Positions 1-9,000 of a DNA stretch of 38,382 bases are shown here, piece after piece. The first letter of the stretch is position 1. Each line of letters opens with the position of its first letter. Origin of the DNA: Stramenopiles sp. TOSAG23-2 (taxonomy: Eukaryota); the NCBI GenBank assembly GCA_900128395.1, contig LT649318.1:1-38382 (forward strand), given 5' to 3'. The notes under the pieces are model-generated. The model saw only the letters and a list, made by a program, of their open reading frames with translations. It did not search any database and was not told where the DNA came from. The position numbers were made by a program, and so were the translations under genes.

Positions 1-347
1 GTACACGTACAGTTGGTGAAGTTGTAGATGCAATGAAAGCAGAAATTTTGAATGCTGGGGGTAGTGCAACACCAGCTCCTCAAACACCAAATACTGCAGC
101 ATTAAATGTTTCAACTGCGGCAGCGGTAGAAGTTGTATTGGAAGTTTTAGCAAATAAAACAGGATATGAAACCGATATGCTTGAAATGGATATGGATTTG
201 GAGACAGAATTAGGAGTTGATTCCATCAAACGTGTAGAAATTTTATCTGATGTACAAGCACAATTGGGTATCGAAGCACAAGATGTAGCAGCACTAGGAC
301 GTACACGTACAGTTGGTGAAGTTGTAGATGCAATGAAAGCAGAAATT
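1..347 (+). repeat. 300-bp-period tandem ACP-domain repeat within the PUFA synthase gene
   Basis: Bases 1-47 are identical to 301-347 (gtacacgtacagttggtgaagttgtagatgcaatgaaagcagaaatt). The period of 300 bp is 100 codons: an Ala/Pro/Thr linker plus one ACP. Confidence 0.92.
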
Positions 348-2873
348 GTTATGGCCGCAAAGGGTGGTATGGCAACTCCTGCTCCATCAAGTGGCATGAA
401 ATCACGCACAACAACCCCGGCGCGTGCAAGATCCCTTGGAGACACTGCTAGTGTTAGTTTAACGTATGCACATTTAGTTTCACTTCCACATCCAGATAGA
501 TTATCGTTAGATGCACCAAGTAATCGCCCTTATGTGATCGTTGATGATAATACGTCGACTACTGCTGAGCTTGCACGGCAATTTGGTCAACGAGCTGTAG
601 TTCTTTCATTCCGCGGTGGGAATTTTCAGCAACGAACTGGGTTGAATCAATTGATTGTTCCTGATACAAGCGAAGAAAATTTAAAGCGTACTTTGAACAC
701 CGTCCAATCATCTTATGGTGTTCCTGGTGGTTTTATTTATCAACACCGCCAAGGTGCAGATGACGCAGAACAACTTGGATGGCTTTTGATGCTTGCTAAA
801 CATGCATCGCCATTTGTTAGACAAGTAATTAATGGTGGTCGAACATTCTTTTTCACCGTGAGTAGAATGAACGGTAGTCTCGGCTTAGGTGCATCTCCAA
901 ACGGTTCTATTCGCAAAACCCTTGAAGGTGCAGTGTTTGGCTTAGCAAAAACATTAGATCATGAATGGCAAGATGTTTTGTGTCGAGGAATTGATATTGC
1001 TCAAGGCATTGATGCCAGACGCGCTGCACAATACATCGTGCAAGAAATTTCAGACCCAAACAGACTAACACGTGAAGTTGGGTATACTAAAACAGGTCAA
1101 AGGCAAACGAGTCGTGCTAGCGATTTGTTAGTCCCAACTGCTGAAAATGAAGTTAAACAAAATTATGCTATATCAAGCAATGATGCATTTATTGTTACAG
1201 GAGGTGGACGTGGAATTACACCTTTATGTATTGCAGAGTTAGCACGTAGAGTTAACGGAGGCACCTATTTCTTGTTAGGCCGATCACCTATCATTTCTGA
1301 ACCAAATTGGGCACGCAGAAAAGAAGGCAAAGATTTAGATAAAGCATGTATTGCAGAGTTAAAAAGAAAGTTCAAAGAAGGCACTGGCCCTAAAGTAACA
1401 CCGAGATTGCATAAATCGACTGTGAGATCGATCGTGGGAAGCCGAGAGGTGAACGCATCGTTATCTTTGATTGAAGCCAATGGTGGTAGAGCAATTTACG
1501 TCCCATGCGATGTTATGGATAAAGATAAAGTAAGACAAGTTGTTCAAAACTGCAATACACAGTATGGTGTAAAAATAAGTGGTGTTGTACATGCATCGGG
1601 CGTACTTCGCGACAAAGCAATTGAAAATAAGACGGTTGCTGATTTCAATTTAGTATATGGCACCAAAGTTCAAGGATTGTTAAATATTTTCGAAAACATC
1701 GATATGGGGAGTTTAAGGCATCTAGTGATGTTTTCCTCTTTAGCGGGTTTCCATGGAAACACTGGCCAAAGCGATTATGCTATGGCAAACGACGTATTAA
1801 ATAAAATAGGTCATTTCGTTTCATTTAAATACCCACAATGTCGCGTGCGTGCTCTTGATTTTGGACCATGGGATGGCGGTATGGTAACTCCAGCATTGAA
1901 AGCACATTTCAAATCGGCTGGTGTACAAATTATTCCTAGAGACGAAGGAGCTGAAATAGTTGCATCTATTTTGACTTCCTCAGAACAAATTCAATGTCTT
2001 GTTGGTAACTGGTTGTCACCGCCTGTGAAATGTTTACGCGCAAAAAACACTTTGTTGCGTACGGTAGGAAGAGATAGCAGCCCATTTGTAGAATCGCATA
2101 CAATTAAAGGCAAAGCTGTTTTACCAATGACTGTGGCCACTGGCACATTAGCATCGATTCCTTTACAATTAAATCCAGGATACTTTTTAGAGAAAGTTGA
2201 AGATGTAAAATTATTCAGTGGTTTAACATTGGATTCTGATAATATGCAAGTCGAATTGGTTTCAAACATGATCGATAATAGAAATGGAAATTTGACTTTT
2301 GATGTGTCATTGAAGAAAGTACAAAGTAATGGCAAAAGAGTCCCAGGGTATAAAGCGAAAGTAACATTGACTCCAAAACGCAAAATGCAAGGGAAAACAC
2401 CACAGCAATTTGATTTAAATGCAAATGCTTCCGCCAATATTCCGTTGTATGATGGTAAAACACTGTTCCATGGTATTCATTTCAAAGGAATTAACAGAGT
2501 TTTAGCTTGTGATAGTAATAAAATTACATTGGAATGTTTCAATACCAACATTTCATCGAAAGATATGGGAAATTTCCCAGTAGTTGTTGATTATTGCGAT
2601 CAGTTTAATTTTGACATCAGTCTTCAATCTGCATTAGTCTGGGCAAGAAAATTACGAAATGCAGCTGCATTACCAACAGGTTTAAAATCAGTTGAATTTT
2701 ATTCTCCATTTCCATCATCTGGTGAATGTTATTACACAACGTTGGTTCGTACCAGTGGATCTGAGAAGGATGCTTCATGGAACTCAACTGCGTTTATGCA
2801 TGATGCTAGAGGTAATTTATTCTTAAAAGCTGATACTGTTGTTACAGTCAATGAGAATATGTCGTATAATTAA
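3..2873 (+). CDS. pfaA: Polyunsaturated fatty acid (PUFA) synthase subunit A-like (PfaA/OrfA), 5'-truncated: final tandem ACP domains, ketoreductase, PKS-type dehydratase
   Basis: The frame is open from base 3 (TRTVGEVVDAM...). ACP motif ELGVDSIKRVEILS has Ser at 222-224, with the PfaA-type tail RTRTVGEVV. KR motifs: VTGGGRGIT, VHASGVLRDK, GQSDYAMAN. DH motifs: HTIKGKAVLP (His 2097-2099), LYDGKTLFHG, DISLQ. The ACPn-KR-DH order matches the C-terminal half of PfaA/OrfA. Confidence 0.93.
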   Translation, partial: TRTVGEVVDAMKAEILNAGGSATPAPQTPNTAALNVSTAAAVEVVLEVLANKTGYETDMLEMDMDLETELGVDSIKRVEILSDVQAQLGIEAQDVAALGRTRTVGEVVDAMKAEIVMAAKGGMATPAPSSGMKSRTTTPARARSLGDTASVSLTYAHLVSLPHPDRLSLDAPSNRPYVIVDDNTSTTAELARQFGQRAVVLSFRGGNFQQRTGLNQLIVPDTSEENLKRTLNTVQSSYGVPGGFIYQHRQGADDAEQLGWLLMLAKHASPFVRQVINGGRTFFFTVSRMNGSLGLGASPNGSIRKTLEGAVFGLAKTLDHEWQDVLCRGIDIAQGIDARRAAQYIVQEISDPNRLTREVGYTKTGQRQTSRASDLLVPTAENEVKQNYAISSNDAFIVTGGGRGITPLCIAELARRVNGGTYFLLGRSPIISEPNWARRKEGKDLDKACIAELKRKFKEGTGPKVTPRLHKSTVRSIVGSREVNASLSLIEANGGRAIYVPCDVMDKDKVRQVVQNCNTQYGVKISGVVHASGVLRDKAIENKTVADFNLVYGTKVQGLLNIFENIDMGSLRHLVMFSSLAGFHGNTGQSDYAMANDVLNKIGHFVSFKYPQCRVRALDFGPWDGGMVTPALKAHFKSAGVQIIPRDEGAEIVASILTSSEQIQCLVGNWLSPPVKCLRAKNTLLRTVGRDSSPFVESHTIKGKAVLPMTVATGTLASIPLQLNPGYFLEKVEDVKLFSGLTLDSDNMQVELVSNMIDNRNGNLTFDVSLKKVQSNGKRVPGYKAKVTLTPKRKMQGKTPQQFDLNANASANIPLYDGKTLFHGIHFKGINRVLACDSNKITLECFNTNISSKDMGNFPVVVDYCDQFNFDISLQSALVWARKLRNAAALPTGLKSVEFYSPFPSSGECYYTTLVRTSGSEKDASWNSTAFMHDARGNLFLKADTVVTVNENMSYN

Positions 2874-2918
2874 AAAAGTATATGATAAAGTTTATGTGTG
2901 TGTAAAATATAAAAAGAT

Positions 2919-3140
2919 ACTCCGTATACGAAGCGTATACTTTAGTATGATATAATGTCGGCGTGTGTAAAACAATTAATTATTATTTTAAAAATTTAAA
3001 AATAAAATAAAAATATACGGTTCGTATCATATATATATATGTTTTACGAATACTTTTATATTCGTATCATACATGCACATACAAAATAAATGTACTCGTA
3101 CGTACATATAATTTGAAATTTGAAATTTTTTATTCGTATC
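2919..3140. other. TACG/CGTA-rich patch between convergent gene 3' ends
   Basis: ccgtatacgaagcgtatac, tacggttcgtatc, ttacgaa, ttcgtatc (x2) and tactcgtacgtac in an otherwise very AT-rich spacer. Function unknown. Confidence 0.6.
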
Positions 3141-3146
3141 TCTCTC

Positions 3147-4514
3147 TCAACAATTGCAATTCCATACAAATAGTTGTTTTTTATTCTCATTTAATATGGC
3201 CATCTTTTTGCCTTCGTAATCACTAAATGCGATTTGTTTAATTTTTCCTCCGGTACTTCCATCATTGTTTATTACAAGTACCTCTTTCAATACTCTTTCT
3301 CGTGATTTTGAGTCTCTTACCTCACAATCATAGATGTAAATATTACTCGAATCATCAACACATGCTATTTTTTTGCCGTTTAAGCTCATTGTACATTTTG
3401 ATATTGGTGAACCAACATTCTTCTTCGACAGAATTTCAGGATCGGCTTTTAAATCAAAACGTACATCAATATCCCATAAGACTAAATAGCCATCTTCACC
3501 AGCAGTTACTACTCGATCTGATATGCCACTTGCTACGCCAGCATCGTTTGGCCCAAAACAAACCGCATTGACATTTGACTTGTGCGCACTTGCTGCCAAC
3601 ACCATTACATGCTTATTAGATACGTTTTGAAAAACAGGTTCTGCTGATCCTTTTTCTTTCTTACGAACAACTTCGAAAATTTTAACTTCAGAATTTTTTG
3701 TAGAAGCATTACAAATAAAATGTCCATCTGTTGATAATATTGCACCACCATATGAACAACTTTTATTTGGAACTTGACCAATTTTTGTTCCATTTTTAGA
3801 ATCCCAAACATAAAAATATTCATCTGATTTACAGTCACACCCAGTAACAATAATGGGCGATGAGTATGCCGTATCGATGGAACAACTTTGAATAATTCCA
3901 CTGTGATATGTATTAAATCGTCTTTTTTTCAATTCGATTAATTCATATTTAAAGCCACTAGAAGATGATTTCTCCCCACTGTTTTTTTTCTGACGCATTC
4001 GAAAGAAATAAACTTCCCTTGACGACTCGGAGGACCCAATCAATGTCAATGAATCAGCCGCCCAAGACAAACTAGTTATTGTATCACCTTCCATATTGAT
4101 ACGAAAAAACAACGGGACTCTTCCACTAGAAGTATTGTTCATTGTATCTTCTAATTCAGTAACTCGTACCGATTGATCTTGTGATGATGTTGCTATCCAT
4201 TTTTTATTTGGGGAGACTGCAAAATTAATAATATTTTGTGAATGTCCTTTGATTGCATGTGAAAAGTTTTCATGGCTTGGTAAAGGTTCTCTCTTCTTCT
4301 TTTTCTTACCGCCACCAAGCTTATTTGTTTTAATAGAAGATGATTTCTTTTTCTTTTTCTTTTTTTCATCTTGTAATTTCTCTGCGTCCATTTGTTCCTG
4401 CAGTTTTAATTTTTTCGTGAGTTTCTCTTTGCTTTTGTCTTTGCCATAAATATAATATGCAGAACCAAATACAATGAATAGCATTAATATTATTGAAAGG
4501 AATATGTTCAACAT
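3147..4514 (-). CDS. TBL2: Transducin beta-like protein 2 (N-terminally anchored WD40 protein)
   Basis: N-terminal hydrophobic anchor (IFLSIILMLFIVFGSAYYIY), Lys-rich linker, first WD repeat IKGHSQNIINFAVSPNKKWIATSSQDQSVRV, and the TBL2-like segment VTAGEDGYLVLWDIDVRFDLKADPEIL. Confidence 0.85.
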   Translation of the reverse strand: MLNIFLSIILMLFIVFGSAYYIYGKDKSKEKLTKKLKLQEQMDAEKLQDEKKKKKKKSSSIKTNKLGGGKKKKKREPLPSHENFSHAIKGHSQNIINFAVSPNKKWIATSSQDQSVRVTELEDTMNNTSSGRVPLFFRINMEGDTITSLSWAADSLTLIGSSESSREVYFFRMRQKKNSGEKSSSSGFKYELIELKKRRFNTYHSGIIQSCSIDTAYSSPIIVTGCDCKSDEYFYVWDSKNGTKIGQVPNKSCSYGGAILSTDGHFICNASTKNSEVKIFEVVRKKEKGSAEPVFQNVSNKHVMVLAASAHKSNVNAVCFGPNDAGVASGISDRVVTAGEDGYLVLWDIDVRFDLKADPEILSKKNVGSPISKCTMSLNGKKIACVDDSSNIYIYDCEVRDSKSRERVLKEVLVINNDGSTGGKIKQIAFSDYEGKKMAILNENKKQLFVWNCNC

Positions 4515-4787
4515 GATTGCAAATATAATAATGATATGTTATTTATAGTATGGTATGTATGATATAAAAATTGTATATATATGTGTGTGTGTGCCTGTAA
4601 TTTGTATATTCTATATCACCCTTGTCGGATGTACGTGTGTTGTTGTTGATTATTTTAATCCAAAAGAAGAGGACAAGACGTGAGATACAGTACGCGCGCA
4701 CATTTGAAATGTTTTCCTGAAAATGATATTTTATAAAAGGATAATATATGTTACGTGAATATTTATACTACACTCTTCCACACTTTT

Positions 4788-5390
4788 TTATGCTTCCTCT
4801 TTATCCTCCTCAGGGTTTTCTACATAAGTTTGGATTAAATTTTGTATTTTATTCACTTCTAAAACTAAATCATTCAATTCCGTTTTGGACATTTGAAACT
4901 TTATCGAACTTACAGAATTACTATTTTTTTTTCCAGTATTCATTTCAACCAATGCAACAGGAGCACTAAATTCAGGTTCACTAGATGTGTCGTTACGAGT
5001 TGTGGTTACATCTAAGCGCCACGAAAAATTTTTCAACGTAGTTGACCATGTTGCATCATTACATAATGTTGTGTGAATTTTTTCTCGTTCAGATGCCCAA
5101 TACAATTTTGCTATCTTACAATGTTCCTCTGTACAATCAAATTTCTCTTGAAAGCTTTTCATAAATTCTTCATCCGTCGCATCATTGAAAGCGCATAGTT
5201 GCAAAATCTTTAAACAATCATTGAAAAACACATCAACTTCAGCTTCGGTCATCTTCGAATTTGCCATCACGTTATCCCTTAAAAACTCATTATTATATTT
5301 CGTCTCACCAAAAAACGTTCTACGTATCAAACCTTTTAATAAACCTTGGAAACTTCTTGCATCTATATCAATTTTTAAAGCTTCACTCAT
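4788..5390 (-). CDS. COMMD1: COMM domain-containing protein, most like COMMD1
   Basis: FQGLLKGLIRRTFFG...YWASEREKIHTTL...WSTTLKNFSWRLDV...APVALVEM...IKFQMSKTELNDLVLEVNKIQ matches the COMMD1 layout. First ATG is at 5390; the track start at 5417 is GTG. Confidence 0.8.
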   Translation of the reverse strand: MSEALKIDIDARSFQGLLKGLIRRTFFGETKYNNEFLRDNVMANSKMTEAEVDVFFNDCLKILQLCAFNDATDEEFMKSFQEKFDCTEEHCKIAKLYWASEREKIHTTLCNDATWSTTLKNFSWRLDVTTTRNDTSSEPEFSAPVALVEMNTGKKNSNSVSSIKFQMSKTELNDLVLEVNKIQNLIQTYVENPEEDKEEA

Positions 5391-5666
5391 TATTATTTTA
5401 TTTTTTTTACGTTCCACTCTTGTCTTTGTTTATCTTATTTTAAATTAACAAATATCTACTCTACCTTATATATATTCAGCTGTCTTACTACTACAAATAA
5501 ATATATATATATATAGATATATTTACTACTAGATACTTATTGTCACTTATTGTATGTTTTCTATCTGTCGTCTGTATAAAGATTTAATTTTGTGTATAGT
5601 GCTTCAATAGATAGTTGTTGTTGTTTTATTCATTCTGGCATTTTTTATTATATTATTATTATATTA

Positions 5667-5770
5667 TAGCTATAATAAGCCAGATAGCTAAGCCTGGTAG
5701 CTAACCAGGGCTAAGCCAGTAAGCCAGGACAGTATTACGCGTAGCTCTACCTGGCAGGCTGGCGTACAGC
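5667..5770. promoter_or_regulatory. GC-rich AAGCCWG(G)/TAGC motif patch upstream of COMMD1 (putative regulatory element)
   Basis: TAAGCCAG 5676, TAAGCCTGG 5689, TAACCAGG 5702, TAAGCCAG 5712, TAAGCCAGG 5720, then cctggcaggctggc. Similar patches lie upstream of other genes. Confidence 0.45.
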
Positions 5771-6060
5771 AGAGAGAAGTTCTCTCTGATTACAGTATTA
5801 TATAAATTGTAGTAGTATAATATTAGTCGTCTACCAATATATCTTAGTTTTGATAGTAATTCTACGTGCCTGAGAAAATAAAATAAAATATGATAATAAT
5901 AAAAATCAAACATATATACGAGGTACATACTTCATTTTAATAATACTGTGGACACACACACAACACAATTTTTCTATTTTTTTTTTTTTCCACACCTCTT
6001 TCTTTATACAGTCTCTTTTTACTATACTTTTCTCCTCCTGTTCACTTGTTTATTTCTTTT

Positions 6061-9000
6061 TTAGTTTTTTCTACTGTGTACATGTCCTGCAATGCGATGA
6101 AGTTTCTGTATTTTGCTTCCTACCTGATTATGATTTAATTTATGCATATTTTTCCTATCCTGATTATTATTATGTTTCAATTCTACTTTTTTTTCTTTAA
6201 ATACTACTAATGGTTGTACACGGTCGCCATGGCAAGATATACTTAAACGTGGGCGCTGGCTTGCGATATCAGCTTTTGCAGTAGCAAATCCAACAGCATC
6301 TGCCTTCGTGCTTTTACCTGGTGCACCTCCATCAAATAAAATTGCTATGTTTCTACTTCCGTAACCGTTTACCCAGTCTCTCATCCATGTTGTAATATCT
6401 AATGCTACAAATTCATCTGTTTTTCTGGCATATCCTATTCGGCAATCATTTAAGTATCTAAAATAAGTAATATTGAATTGTTTATAGTTCACATTATTAA
6501 CGTTCATACCATACCTTGAGTTACAATAGTAAAAAGGTTTTGTACTTGAGTCAGTCACATATAAACGCAAAGCTGCTTTCTTTATCATTGCACCTTCTGT
6601 AGATTTATCTACTAATTTACGTACATCGATATTAACTAAAATGGTTGATTTTGGATAAACTTTCTTTTTCTCATCAATTGCATATGATGCAAATTGAAGT
6701 CTAGTATCTGGATGCCATCCATGTAAACGATAGCCGATTCTGCCTCTAGGTTTATTTTTCCATTGTGCAATACCGGGGCCGCCATACGCAATCATAGAAG
6801 AACCTGCACTATCTGCTGCTTTCGTATCACTACCATCTTCTTCGTTTACACTTACGGCAGCCATTTTAATGGATGTTTGGTCCAATGCCTTGCTAAATGG
6901 CGATTGGCGATCTTTATCGTCACTAGTACAAGACCAACGAGAAGCTTTTGGATTTTCCTTACTATACGTTTGGAATGCTTCGTTCAATAGGTCAATACGG
7001 CATTTCGCTTTTGTTTCTTCCTGCTTAAATGTATCATGCGTGTAAATCCAAAATGCTTTTTCTGGGATAGAAGGAATTTCTCCCCATGGATCCGTACCTT
7101 CCCCTTGGTTTCGACCCAATTCAACTGCTGATGGCCATGTTGAAGCATCGAATTTTTTCGTGGAAAATTTTTTATCATCCCACCCTTCACCTTCTAAATC
7201 TTTTTTCTCATCGGTACATCTCCATGATGAGCTAGTAACAACCGAATCGCCGATAGAGCACATTAAACCTGCTCTGCCAGAACCGCTTCCTTTTACCTTT
7301 GCTCCAACAACTTTTGTATCACACGGAGCACGGAATCTATATGCAGTTTTGAAGTCGTCATTCCACGTGTATCCAATTGCATTCTTGGCTGCATATCCTA
7401 ATTCTTCGCCATCAGCAAATACTTCCATTTCTTTATCAGCAACACAACGAATCGGTAATCCACCGGTGGTTATTTTGATATTATCAATGCCTTTGACATT
7501 GCAGCAATAACATTTATGATGTTCTTGGAAAAAACGTATTCTCATTTTCCCTTTTGCTTTTATTTGTGCCTCGATAGCTTCTTTTGGGATTCCAACAGTA
7601 ACTGGTCTCCAGCCACACCATTTTCGTTTCTCCGATGGTACTTTGTTCTTTGCCAATAATTTTTGGTCGCACTTGAAATAATCTCCATAAGCTTTTGCTG
7701 GAAATGCTTTCATTTGCTTCCAAGCACATTTTTCATTGGCTTCTTTTACGGTAAATTTTCCTTTTGTATCTCTAACTTTTTTCCTTGCTGCAGTACAAGC
7801 AGAAGTTGCTGGTTTGTCACAATCTTTCACGCACCATTGTACTACAACATCAAATTTTCCAGGTACTTTCAATGGAAGACTTTCTTTCAACTTTAACTTT
7901 TCTTCTACCTCGTCTTCCTTGATGTCTTCTTCGGTGTTTTCATCATCTTCCTTTACTACATCACATGCGCCTTTCAATACGGATTTACCTTCCTCATGAC
8001 CAACTTTCACATAATCTGCTACACAAGCAGTCATTGCAGCAGCATCTGGTACCGGCATTCCACTACATTTAATAATTGTTTTGCGGCATATTTCACCAGC
8101 TTCTTTTGTTGAAACTTCATTTCCCGATGGATCCTTCATACGTGCTAACGACCACGCTTTGTCTCGTGCATACTGCTCCGTCAACATTTGTTCCGCCATT
8201 TTCATGCCAAGCTCTGCATGAGTACCAATGGTTGAACCTAAACGTTTGAAGTGATAAGCGGTATTTTTACCTGCGTTAACAAAACCATTGCAACGGAAAT
8301 GAGAATTTTTTCCACTTTTAATGGTCAATGGACTCATGTAAAAGGCACGAGATGTCATTCTATGCCCACCACGTGATCCTGACCTTGCAAGGAAATTGCC
8401 ATTTCCAGTATCTCCACCAGCACCATTTTTGCCATAATAACCGCACAAACCTAATGATCTGCCGTCTCTGGGCGATGTAATAGTTAAATATGAATCCATA
8501 TAGCTACCACATGAATATTGAATACTCCAACCATCAACACTCATTGTATGAGACGTAACTTTCATTTTAAACATTGGGGAAGTGAAGCTACGACCAATTT
8601 TTTGACACTTGCATTTGTTTGCTAATTTACCTTCACAAGTTTCTAAATAAAAGTTACAACGATCCATAGAGATGGTTTCGCATGGTCCGTTCATATTTCC
8701 ACTAAAATTAATCTCGCCATTTGGAAATGGTGCTCCTTTGCATTTTTTCAATGAAAAACCTCTATTTACGGCAACTCTACCACGTGGAGAGGTACGTAAA
8801 CGAGCTTCGATAGGCACATCTGGATGGCGCGACCATACAAATTCACCAGCATCATAAAGATTAAAGTTTGCACCAGCCGCTGTGTTTGGATGTGGGTCGC
8901 CAACACTTCTGCAACGGCGAAAGCCACCATTAGTATTTGGTTTAGCAACGCTAAGGCAGTTTGGTTCTTTGAAACCCTTTTCGCATTTGCAAGTACATTT

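Noticed and set aside
33-35. ATG at 33 as the start of the PUFA synthase
   Set aside because: It is an internal Met of an ACP repeat. The frame is open to the window edge and the KS/MAT domains are missing.
1-2873. Bacterial pfa operon or prokaryotic origin of the window
   Set aside because: No pfaB/C/D follows. The neighbours are eukaryote-specific genes (TBL2, COMMD1, YIPF), and the spacers carry microsatellites.
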